Virus record (IMG/VR): IMGVR_UViG_3300037755_000534
Location: 1 to 45,777 of that record
DNA: 45,777 nucleotides
From: a virus
Lineage: Duplodnaviria > Caudoviricetes
Strand: one strand, 5' to 3'
Below the pieces are notes generated by a model. It did no database searches. It saw only the letters and a program-made list of their open reading frames with translations, and was not told where the DNA came from. The translations under genes were made by a program, and so were the position numbers. Shown here one piece after another: positions 1 through 8,141 of the stretch (its first letter is position 1; each line of letters begins with the position of its first letter).

Positions 1-35
1 CCGTGTCCATCATGTACGGATCGCTGACCCTCTAA
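1..35 (+). CDS. 3' end (partial) of a second HK97-type major capsid gene
   Basis: Frame 3 reads ..VSIMYGSLTL*, matching the C-terminus of the capsid at 27013-28278 (..ASTRYGSLTL*); only about 10 codons visible. Confidence 0.6.
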   Translation, partial: VSIMYGSLTL

Positions 36-49
36 GCCTCGGCGTGCGG

Positions 50-115
50 GGCGTTCCTCACCTGGCGTTCCTCACCTGGCGCCGCCGCTCGTTTTCACCT
101 AGCGGGCGGCGGCGC
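50..115 (+). terminator. 14-bp tandem repeat followed by GC-rich terminator-like hairpin
   Basis: GGCGTTCCTCACCT at 50-63 and 64-77; stem gcgccgccgctcg (79-91)/cgggcggcggcgc (103-115), then a weak T run. Confidence 0.5.
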
Positions 116-135
116 TGCTTCAACGGAGAAAATGC

Positions 136-363
136 ATGAGAGTCGCTGTACTCGACACGGACGGCCGGCTTGTGGGAGCCCGCAACGGCGTGCCCGAACC
201 CGGCGACATTGACGCCGGCGACCTTCCCGCGGACGGCCGGTACAGGTGGGAGGGCAAGAGCTTCGTTCCGGTCGCGGCCGGACCCGCGCTGCGCGTGGCC
301 ATGCTGCGCGCCCGCGTCACGGCAATTTTTATCGAAAGGGCACTCAGAAATGGCGCAGCATGA
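136..363 (+). CDS. hypothetical protein, paralog of 44394-44675
   Basis: Shares MRVAxLD..DIDAGDLPADGRYRWxGKxF with 44394-44675; GGAGA RBS. Confidence 0.7.
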   Translation: MRVAVLDTDGRLVGARNGVPEPGDIDAGDLPADGRYRWEGKSFVPVAAGPALRVAMLRARVTAIFIERALRNGAA

Positions 364-1057
364 TTACAATATTGCCAACAGCGACGGCGCGACGGTCCGG
401 GCGGACATCAACGCGGCGCTCGAGGCGGTCGCCTCGCTCAACAGCGGCGCCACGGCGCCGAGCACGACCTTCGCACATATGCGATGGGCGGACACCGCGA
501 CCGGGCTGCTCAAGCAGCGCAACGCGGCAAACAACGCCTGGATCGTCAAGGGCACGCTTACCGACGTGATCACCGCGCTCGCATCGCAAGCGGAAGCGGA
601 AGCCGGCACGGCGACAGACCGGCTTATGACACCGGAGCGTACGGCGCAGGCGATTGCGGCGCTTACTACATCGGTTTCACAAGCCACCCAATCCGCCATC
701 GAGGCCGAGACTGACGAGAATACCTATGTCCCTCCCGATCTCGTCAGGCACAGCCCCGGCGTGGCCAAGGCGCACGGCTTCGTGGACCGGGATGGGGGAA
801 CGCCGTCGCTGGTCGGGACGAGCTACAACATTTCGGGCGTTACCGACGACGGCGCGGCTCAGACCATTGTCACTCTCGACACGGATATGTCGGGCGCGAT
901 CTATGCGGCCGGCGCGCAGGCCATCGGTACGAACGCGCGGTTCGCGAACGTCCATACCCTCGCCACCGGCTCGTTCAAGGTCAAAACCGTCAATGAGTCC
1001 ATCGGTGATCAGGACACGCAGGACTTCGCCTGTTGGGCATTCGGAGATCAGGCATGA
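350..1057 (+). CDS. tail fibre/receptor-binding protein, allele A (235 aa)
   Basis: MAQHDYNIAN.. start; ASQAEAEAGT..LMTP fibre repeat; paralog of 44675-45382, which follows the tail tip gene. Confidence 0.75.
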   Translation: MAQHDYNIANSDGATVRADINAALEAVASLNSGATAPSTTFAHMRWADTATGLLKQRNAANNAWIVKGTLTDVITALASQAEAEAGTATDRLMTPERTAQAIAALTTSVSQATQSAIEAETDENTYVPPDLVRHSPGVAKAHGFVDRDGGTPSLVGTSYNISGVTDDGAAQTIVTLDTDMSGAIYAAGAQAIGTNARFANVHTLATGSFKVKTVNESIGDQDTQDFACWAFGDQA

Positions 1058-1458
1058 GGCACTTTCTGATTACAAAGAACGGCGTCGCGCGCGTGATGAC
1101 CTGCCGGGACGACACGGACGGGGCCGCCGAGGTCGCGAAATGGCACCCGGACGATCAGGCGCAGGTGACGGCAATCCGCGAGATTTCGGAGGCTGATATT
1201 CCTGCCGAGGCCGACCACTACCTGCGGGATGGGTGGGAGGACGACGGCGGGAAGATCGTCGTCAACATGATCAAGGCCCGCGCGAGCTTCAACAAGGCCG
1301 TTCGGACTGCGAAACTCGCCAAGGCGCGCGAGCTTCAGCTTCGCGAGGACATCGGCGAGGACGTGACGGCGGAGCGGGCGGCGCTGACTGTGACCCCGGA
1401 CCTGGCCGGCGCGGACACGCCCGCCAAGTTAAAGGCGCTGTGGCCGTCAGCCCGCTAG
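1054..1458 (+). CDS. probable tail fibre assembly/chaperone protein, allele A
   Basis: ATGA-coupled to the fibre; ..LRDGWE..IVVNMxKAR..LKALWP C-terminus typical of fibre-associated proteins. Confidence 0.6.
   Translation: MRHFLITKNGVARVMTCRDDTDGAAEVAKWHPDDQAQVTAIREISEADIPAEADHYLRDGWEDDGGKIVVNMIKARASFNKAVRTAKLAKARELQLREDIGEDVTAERAALTVTPDLAGADTPAKLKALWPSAR
1282..1389 (+). repeat. 108-bp exact match to the window end (45670-45777)
   Basis: gcgagcttcaac...gcggcgctgact identical at both places; first mismatch at 1281 c / 45669 t. Confidence 0.9.
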
Positions 1459-1641
1459 GAAAGCGTCGAAGCCTTGTAGATCAAACCCAGCCAAGTAGCC
1501 CCGAAGGCACTGGTTGAACGTCGCCGCCGCATCGCCGTTTGGAGCGATTGGTTGAGTAAACCCGCGACCGTCCGACGTGGCGACCTTGATCTGCCCGGCC
1601 CCGTCTTCGGTGTCGATTTGAATCGTGATCTGATAAAGCAT
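1447..1641 (-). CDS. small hypothetical protein (64 aa)
   Basis: GGGAGG RBS and two upstream TATAAT hexamers (1670-1682). Confidence 0.6.
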   Translation of the reverse strand: MLYQITIQIDTEDGAGQIKVATSDGRGFTQPIAPNGDAAATFNQCLRGYLAGFDLQGFDAFLAG

Positions 1642-1765
1642 AGCCCATCCTCCCCAATGTCACACCGTGATTATACATTATAACCACGCCGGGCTAAACT
1701 AAGTTTTTGACAGTTCGCATCGTTCGTGTGTATCGTGCCGTACGTATCGCACACGGGATGATCGC

Positions 1766-1861
1766 ATGTCGTTTGTTCAAGCCATCACCACCTTCACCAT
1801 CGGCGAGGCCGCGATCGTTATCCTGATCTGCGTCCTGCTGGTGAAGGTGGGGCGTAAATGA
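1766..1861 (+). CDS. small single-TM protein (31 aa), lysis cassette
   Basis: MSFVQAITTFTIGEAAIVILICVLLVKVGRK, ATGA-coupled to next gene; TTGACA-18-TATCGT upstream (1707-1736). Confidence 0.5.
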   Translation: MSFVQAITTFTIGEAAIVILICVLLVKVGRK

Positions 1862-2133
1862 AGTCGGACATTGATTGGGATCGTCTTTGCAACGCGCCGG
1901 GAATCATCTTCTTTCAACGGTGGTTTATCGGGGTCGGCACCGTCGTCTCCGCGGCCGCCCTTCTCGCGACTTGCACCGTGTTTATCGACATGCGCGACGC
2001 AACGAAAGACCTGACCAAGGCGTCGGCGCGCATCGAGGCGAGCATAGGCGACCACGAAAGCCGGCTGCGATCATTGGAGGGCAGTCGGGATACATATCGG
2101 GACACAACCCGCGCGCCGGAGCTTAAGAAATGA
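1858..2133 (+). CDS. membrane protein with TM helix and coiled coil, lysis-associated
   Basis: Hydrophobic FIGVGTVVSAAALLATCTVFI, then heptads (DHESRLRSLE); precedes the endolysin. Confidence 0.6.
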   Translation: MKSDIDWDRLCNAPGIIFFQRWFIGVGTVVSAAALLATCTVFIDMRDATKDLTKASARIEASIGDHESRLRSLEGSRDTYRDTTRAPELKK

Positions 2134-2438
2134 TCAGTTTCAAGCCGGGCGTCGACGTCGCCGGGATCCGCCCGGAGATCATGCTGGCGCTGTTGGTCGC
2201 GCAGGGCGCCTACGCTCCGTATGACGTTATCGTGACCAGCGTGCGCGACGGCAAGCACAGCCTCACCTCCCTGCACTACGCGGGTCAGGCGGTCGACCTA
2301 CGGACCCGGCACGTTCCCGACGATCAGCACCAGGCGATCCGCGACCGTCTCGGCGATGCGCTGACGATCGATTACGACGTGCTGCTCGAGGCGGATCATA
2401 TCCACGTCGAGTACCAGCCGCGGCGGCGCACCCCGTGA
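2130..2438 (+). CDS. endolysin, peptidase M15-type Zn peptidase
   Basis: SLHYAGQAVD (H-x6-D) and HIHVE motifs. Confidence 0.8.
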   Translation: MISFKPGVDVAGIRPEIMLALLVAQGAYAPYDVIVTSVRDGKHSLTSLHYAGQAVDLRTRHVPDDQHQAIRDRLGDALTIDYDVLLEADHIHVEYQPRRRTP

Positions 2439-2617
2439 CCGTCAGGCTGCGCGCAATTCGCAAGCTGGTGGTGGCGCTCGTCGGCGTCGGGGCGATCCTG
2501 GCGCACCGGTATCTCGACGTCGACCTTACGGGGCTGGAGCCCGCCATCGTCGACGCGGTTCTCGCCGGGCTCACCGTGGCCGGCGTCTACGGCATTCCCA
2601 ACAACCCCGAGGTTTGA
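2435..2617 (+). CDS. putative holin (2 TM, 60 aa)
   Basis: Two hydrophobic segments; GVYGIPN ending; adjacent to the endolysin. Confidence 0.6.
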   Translation: MTVRLRAIRKLVVALVGVGAILAHRYLDVDLTGLEPAIVDAVLAGLTVAGVYGIPNNPEV

Positions 2618-2973
2618 CCATGTTCCGCAACGCAATCGCCGCCGTCCTGCTGCTGATCGTCTCGTCGTGCGCCAGCTTCGAAGCGGAGACGCCCGGTCAG
2701 AAAATCTACGCGATTCAGGGCGAGTTCAACACTTACATGGTCGCGGCGCTCAAGTACACGACGCTCCCCACCTGTCTCGGATCGACGGTCGTCGGCTGTT
2801 ACGACCCGAAGGTCAAGGACAGTATCGTGCGGCTGGCGCGCGACACGCGCGGGGCGATTGCCACGGCGCGCATGTATCTCGACGCACCGACGGCCGGCTC
2901 GTACGTCGCGCTCGCGGGGACGGCGCTTAACAAGCTCGCCGTCTACATGGCGAGTAAGGAGATACGACCATGA
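2614..2973 (+). CDS. lipoprotein, possible spanin component
   Basis: Signal peptide with lipobox LLLIVSSC; located in the lysis cassette. Confidence 0.55.
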   Translation: MTMFRNAIAAVLLLIVSSCASFEAETPGQKIYAIQGEFNTYMVAALKYTTLPTCLGSTVVGCYDPKVKDSIVRLARDTRGAIATARMYLDAPTAGSYVALAGTALNKLAVYMASKEIRP

Positions 2974-3176
2974 GCCCGAGTAGCGCGCTGCTGATCATTC
3001 GGTTGATCGATCTCCTCGCGCTCGGGATGACTGTCGCCCCGGAGATCATGGCGCGATACAGCGCGCTGCGTGACAAGGTGCGCCAGATGGTCGAGGAGGG
3101 CCGCGACCCGACGCCCGAGGAGTGGGCTGCGATGGACGCGGAGACGTCGGACCTGCTCGGCAAGCTGGCGGGCTAG
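2970..3176 (+). CDS. hypothetical protein (68 aa), lysis cassette
   Basis: AGGAGA RBS; overlaps previous stop; hydrophobic N-terminus. Confidence 0.6.
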   Translation: MSPSSALLIIRLIDLLALGMTVAPEIMARYSALRDKVRQMVEEGRDPTPEEWAAMDAETSDLLGKLAG

Positions 3177-3382
3177 ACCGCCCCCATTGGTGTCCGCATA
3201 GCGCGCGGCGATCCCGCCGTACCCCAAGACATGAAATCCGCCCGGCAGTCCTGATCGCAGGCTGCGCGCCTTACTTTTGGGACGGCTTGCAACGCGTCGT
3301 CGTGCGTCGGGTACGGGCCGGCGATCAGGAACTTTTTAGTCCCATCGATCGCGGAGACGTAGAAGTGAGCGGCGGGGCTCAT
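3173..3382 (-). CDS. hypothetical protein (69 aa), promoter-driven cassette 1
   Basis: MSPAAHFYVSAIDG.., ATGA-coupled to 3379-3579. Confidence 0.6.
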   Translation of the reverse strand: MSPAAHFYVSAIDGTKKFLIAGPYPTHDDALQAVPKVRRAACDQDCRADFMSWGTAGSPRAMRTPMGAV

Positions 3383-3579
3383 TGGATATCTCGCCACTCG
3401 GTGATGCCGCGCGCCTCGTGGCCGTGCCGCTTGCAACCGTCGCAAAAGGCTGTCCAGTACATGCCGCGATGATCGGCCATATCGGCAAATTTTGCAGGCT
3501 TACCGCCAAGCCATTTTGCAGGCTTGCCGCATTCGTGGTTGAACGTTCCTGCCTCAGCATTAGTGCATTTACGTGCCAT
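3379..3579 (-). CDS. small Cys-rich, Zn-finger-like protein (66 aa)
   Basis: C..C..CxxC pattern; AGGAGA RBS; just downstream of the promoter. Confidence 0.65.
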   Translation of the reverse strand: MARKCTNAEAGTFNHECGKPAKWLGGKPAKFADMADHRGMYWTAFCDGCKRHGHEARGITEWRDIQ

Positions 3580-3621
3580 CGTTCCGTCTCCTGTGTGCGC
3601 GTTGCGTCCGTCGTTGATCCG

Positions 3622-3656
3622 AATATACGCATTGCGCCCTAGGGCGTCAAGCCCTA
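3622..3656 (-). promoter_or_regulatory. repeated sigma70 promoter/operator, copy 1
   Basis: TAGGGC-TTGACG-17 nt-TATATT on minus strand. Confidence 0.8.
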
Positions 3657-5603
3657 ATCCAATAATTTTGTTGCCTCCGATATATACCAAGAGTAGTTAA
3701 CATTTTCCCAACGAAAATCAGACGCGCGGTTGCAAACCGTGACCGTCCATCCGGCGCATATCTGCATCCGGCGTTCGGCATGCGTGCTTTTGTTTTTCGT
3801 GTGAACGTCGGGATTCCAAACGGTGTTGTCGGTCGCCCTGTACAACGCGTCCGACACGCTCGCGCCTTTCTTGTAGTGACCAACCGTGCAGCCGGCCGGC
3901 GGCGGGCTCACCTTGACCAGCGGCGCGCCGTCCGTGCTCACGTAATAGCGGGTGGTCGCCTGCACCTGGCGATCGCCGTGCATGAGGTGCGAGCCGCGCG
4001 GCGCCTTGGCGCGCAGCATGAAGTCGAACGGATCGTCGGCCCGCTCCATCATATACACCTCGACGCCGGGCACAGCGCCCGTCAGGACCGCCTCCGCTGC
4101 CTTGGGCACCACGAGCGCGCTTGTGTCCTGGTGCCAGCCGAGCGGGTTGCGGTCGCCCGGGAGCGCCGTCTCGTATGCGCCCTTGCGCTTCACCTTGCCC
4201 GCCTCGCTGACGGCGAGATAGTTGTTCACGTCGCGGATATACATATGGGCATAGCGGGACTCCTCGAGCGCCATGCCGGTTACGCCCTGCCACCAGTCGC
4301 CGGCGTCCTTCACGAGCCACTCGAAACGCCGCGGGACGCGCACGGTGAGCCCGTCCGTATTGATCTGGATCATTTGCAGCCCGGGCACCGTGGCCATGAG
4401 CCGCTCGGCCAGCATGCAGAGGAGAAGCTGCCCGTTGACGGTAATCGCCATCGTGTATTGGGAGTCGTAGAACGGGCTATAGGGATTGTTGCTATCGCCA
4501 TAGACGCCGTTCAACGCGAGCTTGAGCATGGCGTTTTCGGGCGTCCCCTTCGGATAGCCACGCCGCTGATTCATGACGTCGGTATAAATATCGCAAAAGA
4601 GCTCGCCCAGGTGCGCCGGGTACAGGCGGTTGGCGATGGCGATCGACGGGTAATAGCTGGTGACGTCGAGATCGATGATCGCGTGCTCGTCGTCGGCGCG
4701 TACGTGCTGGCGCGCAACGGACCCGTGGATCCCGCCGGTCCCGAAGTCGAACCGGAAGCCATCCACCTCGCACGAAACGTCCGTAATTGCGCCCTTCGTC
4801 GTCGTGATCACCTGCTCGCGGAACCACGACCATATGCGAATGAACTCGGGATGGGCGAAGCGGATCGTCGGCAGGATGATGTCGGCGAGCCTGATCTCGC
4901 CGCGGTACGTCTGCACGGGGCGCCGCGGCTGGCCCGCGTAGCAGCTTCCCGGGCGCGCCTCCTCGAGCCGCATGACGAAATAATCCTTGCCGATCTTCGT
5001 ATCGTTGTGGTTCAGGAAGTCGCGCCCGTACCTGGCGGACAGGGCGCGCCGAAATTCGATCTGCTCGCGGCTGTGATTGTAAAACGCCTTCGTCTCGGTG
5101 ACGTCGTGCATGTTGTAGGCGCGCAGCGTCTCGACCTGCTCGCGCGTCAGCCACTTGCCCGGTTCGAACGGCAAGTCCTCTACGGACGGCGAGCGCATGT
5201 TGAACTGCAGCGCCTTCAAGCTGGTGGCGCGCGCCACGTTATTGAAGTGATGAATCAGGAAAAGGTCGATCTGCGGGATCCACCTGTCCGACTCCCATAT
5301 CGTATGGGCGAACCGGTCGCCGTCCCCGCTTATGATCGCCATCGCCTTTTCGTACAGCGTGTAAGGCGTCGCCGCGGCGGGGTTGCTCAACAGCAGATGG
5401 ACGACGGGATAATCGAAACCGATATTGTTGAAACCGATCATCTCGACGCGGTTCTGCGCCAGGTGGTGAAGCCACGCGAGCAGCGCCGGCCGGTCGTCCC
5501 GGTACTCGGAAAATTCCCAGCACGCGGCGACGTCGGTATCGCAGCCGACGGCGCTCAACGTAAAGACGTTGGGGTACGTCTCGATATCGTAGATGATGGG
5601 CAT
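3654..5603 (-). CDS. DNA polymerase family B with 3'-5' exonuclease (649 aa)
   Basis: YDIET (ExoI), FNNIGFD (ExoII), YNMHD (ExoIII), DVTSYYPS, KLALNGVYG and NTDG motifs. Confidence 0.9.
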   Translation of the reverse strand: MPIIYDIETYPNVFTLSAVGCDTDVAACWEFSEYRDDRPALLAWLHHLAQNRVEMIGFNNIGFDYPVVHLLLSNPAAATPYTLYEKAMAIISGDGDRFAHTIWESDRWIPQIDLFLIHHFNNVARATSLKALQFNMRSPSVEDLPFEPGKWLTREQVETLRAYNMHDVTETKAFYNHSREQIEFRRALSARYGRDFLNHNDTKIGKDYFVMRLEEARPGSCYAGQPRRPVQTYRGEIRLADIILPTIRFAHPEFIRIWSWFREQVITTTKGAITDVSCEVDGFRFDFGTGGIHGSVARQHVRADDEHAIIDLDVTSYYPSIAIANRLYPAHLGELFCDIYTDVMNQRRGYPKGTPENAMLKLALNGVYGDSNNPYSPFYDSQYTMAITVNGQLLLCMLAERLMATVPGLQMIQINTDGLTVRVPRRFEWLVKDAGDWWQGVTGMALEESRYAHMYIRDVNNYLAVSEAGKVKRKGAYETALPGDRNPLGWHQDTSALVVPKAAEAVLTGAVPGVEVYMMERADDPFDFMLRAKAPRGSHLMHGDRQVQATTRYYVSTDGAPLVKVSPPPAGCTVGHYKKGASVSDALYRATDNTVWNPDVHTKNKSTHAERRMQICAGWTVTVCNRASDFRWENVNYSWYISEATKLLD

Positions 5604-5605
5604 AG

Positions 5606-5800
5606 GGTGTGGCAGTCGCTAACGGAACGTCGCGGAAAGCCGCGGAGTCCGAAATTGCCACACCGGGCGGTAAGTGCTTGAAGTTACGGGAAAATTGTAC
5701 CCCGCCCCTGGGCACCACCCTATCACCAGCAGCGTTGATTTCATTGCGTTATTTCCGCTCATTTGCCACACCTTCGCGCACCGGGGCGTCGGGTGTGGCA
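5606..5800. other. attP: core CCGCCCCTGGGCACCA (5702-5717) plus four arm-type repeats
   Basis: Core resembles the 3' end of alphaproteobacterial tRNA-Phe(GAA); GGTGTGGCA at 5606 and 5792, inverted at 5656 and 5764; downstream of integrase. Confidence 0.8.
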
Positions 5801-6033
5801 GTTTCGTTCGGGGTTTGTCTCAGAAGATAGAGGTATCGAGTCTCCAGTAAGGCGACGCGCCGCTCGATCGCCTCTAGACGATCCTCGCGGAATGTTCTTT
5901 CGATCCGATTCAAAATCTCGACGTTCATCGACACGCCGTGCCCCTTCGCGGCTTTTTCGATTTGCGCGCGCACCGACTCGGGCATCCGCAAAGGAAGTTG
6001 AGCGCGACCTGATTTCGTCCTTCGGGTTGGCAT
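5749..6033 (-). CDS. Arc-like ribbon-helix-helix DNA-binding protein
   Basis: QLPLRMPESVRAQIEKAAKGHGVSMNVEILNRI Arc signature. Confidence 0.8.
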   Translation of the reverse strand: MPTRRTKSGRAQLPLRMPESVRAQIEKAAKGHGVSMNVEILNRIERTFREDRLEAIERRVALLETRYLYLLRQTPNETATPDAPVREGVANERK

Positions 6034-6034
6034 C

Positions 6035-7129
6035 TTATCCCGTCCTCTCCGTATCCGTGGTGCCCGCCAGGAACCGCACACCCTCCGCGGTCATGCGGTC
6101 GCGGTTGGCTTTCTTCGCGTAGTGCGCTGCCATCTTGGCCGACGTCCAGCCGAACAGCGCCATCATCTGATATTCGGTCGCGCCGCGCTCGGCGCAGCGG
6201 TTGGCGCCGGCCTTGCGCAGCCCGTGCGCCGAGCACTGCGGCAAGCGCGCCTGATCGCACCACTTGCGCATCCTGTTGCCTAGCCCCGCCACGGTGAACG
6301 GCTTGCCGAACGTCGTCACAAGGTAGGCAAGGTGCCCGCTCGGCGTCGCGTCGATCGAGCGGCGCAGGTCGGGCAGGATCGGGATGCGGCGATGCTTGGG
6401 CGCGCGGTTGCGCCCCTTGTGCTCGGTGAACACGAGCGCGCCGTTCCGTTCCATCTGCGGCCCGAGACGGTGCGCATCGGAGCGCCGGACGCCAGTGTAC
6501 AGGAACAGGTCGAGCGCCAGGCGCGCCATCGTGCCGACCGGGTGACGCTCCTCGTACTGCTGTATTTCCGCTTCCGACCATTCGTGAAAGCCGTCGGGAT
6601 TGTTGCCGCTCAGATAGGACACCTTGAGCGCCGGGTTGTCTTCGACGAGCTCCTGCTCCAGCGCCCATTTGTAAAGCTGCCTGATCGCCTTGATCATCCC
6701 GTTCGCCGCCTCGGGCGTATCGGCCCGGTCGTCGCGCAGCTTGCGGACGTGGCGCGGCAGCAGCGCCTTGTATGCGCCCGTCCCGATGCGCGCGCACACG
6801 CGATCGAGGATGGCGCGGCGCACGGTGCGCGTCGATTTGTCGAGCCGGGTAAAGGCGGGCGCCTGATAGTATTGCTGACACAAGCCGGTCAGGGAGTCCG
6901 CGGCGGCGCGTGGTGCGCGGGGCACGGCGGCAACCGTGGCCATCACCTCGCCTGCCAGGATGCGCCGGTGCTCCTCGACAAATTCACGGGTGCCCGGTTC
7001 CGCGGTGAGCCGGCCGATACGCTGCCCGGCGACGCGCACGTAATAGCGCACGCCGCCATGACGTGTACGATTGCGCTCAACGTACTTTAGGTTGACGCTG
7101 CCCGTGCCGTCGGTGAGATCAAAGCGCAT
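6035..7129 (-). CDS. int: tyrosine recombinase/integrase
   Basis: TGVRRSD, HGLRK and GW..MAAHY catalytic motifs; next to attP. Confidence 0.92.
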   Translation of the reverse strand: MRFDLTDGTGSVNLKYVERNRTRHGGVRYYVRVAGQRIGRLTAEPGTREFVEEHRRILAGEVMATVAAVPRAPRAAADSLTGLCQQYYQAPAFTRLDKSTRTVRRAILDRVCARIGTGAYKALLPRHVRKLRDDRADTPEAANGMIKAIRQLYKWALEQELVEDNPALKVSYLSGNNPDGFHEWSEAEIQQYEERHPVGTMARLALDLFLYTGVRRSDAHRLGPQMERNGALVFTEHKGRNRAPKHRRIPILPDLRRSIDATPSGHLAYLVTTFGKPFTVAGLGNRMRKWCDQARLPQCSAHGLRKAGANRCAERGATEYQMMALFGWTSAKMAAHYAKKANRDRMTAEGVRFLAGTTDTERTG

Positions 7130-7140
7130 GGGGTGTGTCG

Positions 7141-8073
7141 CTACTCCGTGAGTGCGAACCGTTGAGGGGAGTCGGGCATACGACCGCAGGCCTTGTCGGC
7201 AACATGGCCATGGCCCTCACTCCCCTCAACGATCTTGTCGTACGTCGCCTGCATGTCGGCGTCGAACGCATCCAATATATCGGCGGGCACACGTGGCCTA
7301 GTCCTATCGGACATCTCTTGAACGGCCCGCCGCCACGCAACCCAAAGGTCGCGCAGAAACTGTTTTTCCATGTATCGCTGCGCCCGCCTGTGGATATGAC
7401 CGTCCGACATGAACTCAGCGGCGCGCGCCTTGGGTATCTTCGCGGACGGCGCGACAGTGAGCCCCGCCGCTTCGGCCTGCTGGCGCTCGTAATCCTTGCG
7501 CGCCAGGTAAATTTCACGATACGGCCCTTGCGCCTTGAGCATGGAGTCGCCAATCGTCCACATGCGGGATCGGCGCTGGCGGTTATACCCGTGCTCGATC
7601 CACGCAGCGGCAGGTGCGTTCTTTGACAGTCCGCCTTGCCGCACGTCGCCGACGACGGCCACGCCCATGCGCTTCCACAGGTGGCCTTTCTTCGGGTAGT
7701 TGCTCAGGTCTCCAGCCTCACCGACGATCACGGCGAGCGACCGCGCGCCGCAACCCCTCGTATCCTTGGCCCAAGCGTCCCACACGGGAAGCTGCTTAGC
7801 GAGCCGTTCCATTTCCTTCGCGGCGGCTTTCTCGACCGCATCGAACGGGGCGCGAGCGGCAAGCGACGCGGCGATCACGGGCGCCCATTCGTCCGTCGGG
7901 TTCGTGACCAGCGCCTTTGCCTCCTCTGCAATGCGCTTGCGCTCGGCGTCGGGGAGTGACCGCGACCAACCGAGTTGTATCCGCAGGAAGGACAGCAGGG
8001 ACAAGTCTGCGCGCTTGCGCTGTTCCATCGCATAGTTGCGGGTGCGATGGTGGTAACGGATTTCTTCGATCAT
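7141..8073 (-). CDS. IS110/Nop-domain RNA-binding protein without RuvC/HNH (TasA-like)
   Basis: GCGARSLAVIVGEAGDLSNYPKKGHLWKRMG resembles the IS110/Nop GxG..AEIGD..F..L..G segment; N-terminal coiled coil; HIHRRAQRYMEKQFLRDLW helix; no DEDD domain; AGGAGA RBS. Confidence 0.8.
   Translation of the reverse strand: MIEEIRYHHRTRNYAMEQRKRADLSLLSFLRIQLGWSRSLPDAERKRIAEEAKALVTNPTDEWAPVIAASLAARAPFDAVEKAAAKEMERLAKQLPVWDAWAKDTRGCGARSLAVIVGEAGDLSNYPKKGHLWKRMGVAVVGDVRQGGLSKNAPAAAWIEHGYNRQRRSRMWTIGDSMLKAQGPYREIYLARKDYERQQAEAAGLTVAPSAKIPKARAAEFMSDGHIHRRAQRYMEKQFLRDLWVAWRRAVQEMSDRTRPRVPADILDAFDADMQATYDKIVEGSEGHGHVADKACGRMPDSPQRFALTE
7160..7231 (-). ncRNA. TIGR-like guide unit 5 (spacers tggccatgt / gcggtcgta)
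   Basis: CCA-N9-TGCCGACAAGG-CCT-N9-TG inside a perfect 13-bp stem (7160-7172/7219-7231). Confidence 0.75.
7281..7332 (-). ncRNA. TIGR-like guide unit 4 (spacers ttcaagaga / ggccacgtg), more degenerate
   Basis: CCG-N9-TGTCCGATAGGA-CTA-N9-TG inside 8-bp stem cggcgggc/gcccgccg; compensatory loop hairpin. Confidence 0.65.
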
Positions 8074-8093
8074 CGGTCAGTCTCCTAAAGGGC

Positions 8094-8138
8094 GGGGCAT
8101 CAAGATCATGGCCTTATCGGCAGTAAACCACTGGCCCC
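8094..8138 (-). ncRNA. TIGR-like guide unit 3 (spacers gtggtttac / tgatcttga), intergenic
   Basis: CCA-N9-TGCCGATAAGG-CCA-N9-TG inside a ggggc/gcccc stem. Confidence 0.75.
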
Positions 8139-8141
8139 TAA

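Noticed and set aside
350-1057. Diversity-generating retroelement (TR/VR) or invertible fibre switch
   Set aside because: No reverse transcriptase or invertase; differences are not adenine-specific; copies are in direct orientation
3780-5681. Long antisense ORFs (also 8596-10497, 41667-43316, 20345-21508, 29909-31285)
   Set aside because: Shadow frames of real high-GC genes with no recognisable motifs
5702-5717. tRNA gene
   Set aside because: Only the 16-nt 3' end is present with no cloverleaf upstream; interpreted as the attP core
7141-8073. IS110 transposase / insertion sequence
   Set aside because: No N-terminal DEDD RuvC domain and no clear catalytic-serine motif; associated with multiple short dual-spacer units instead
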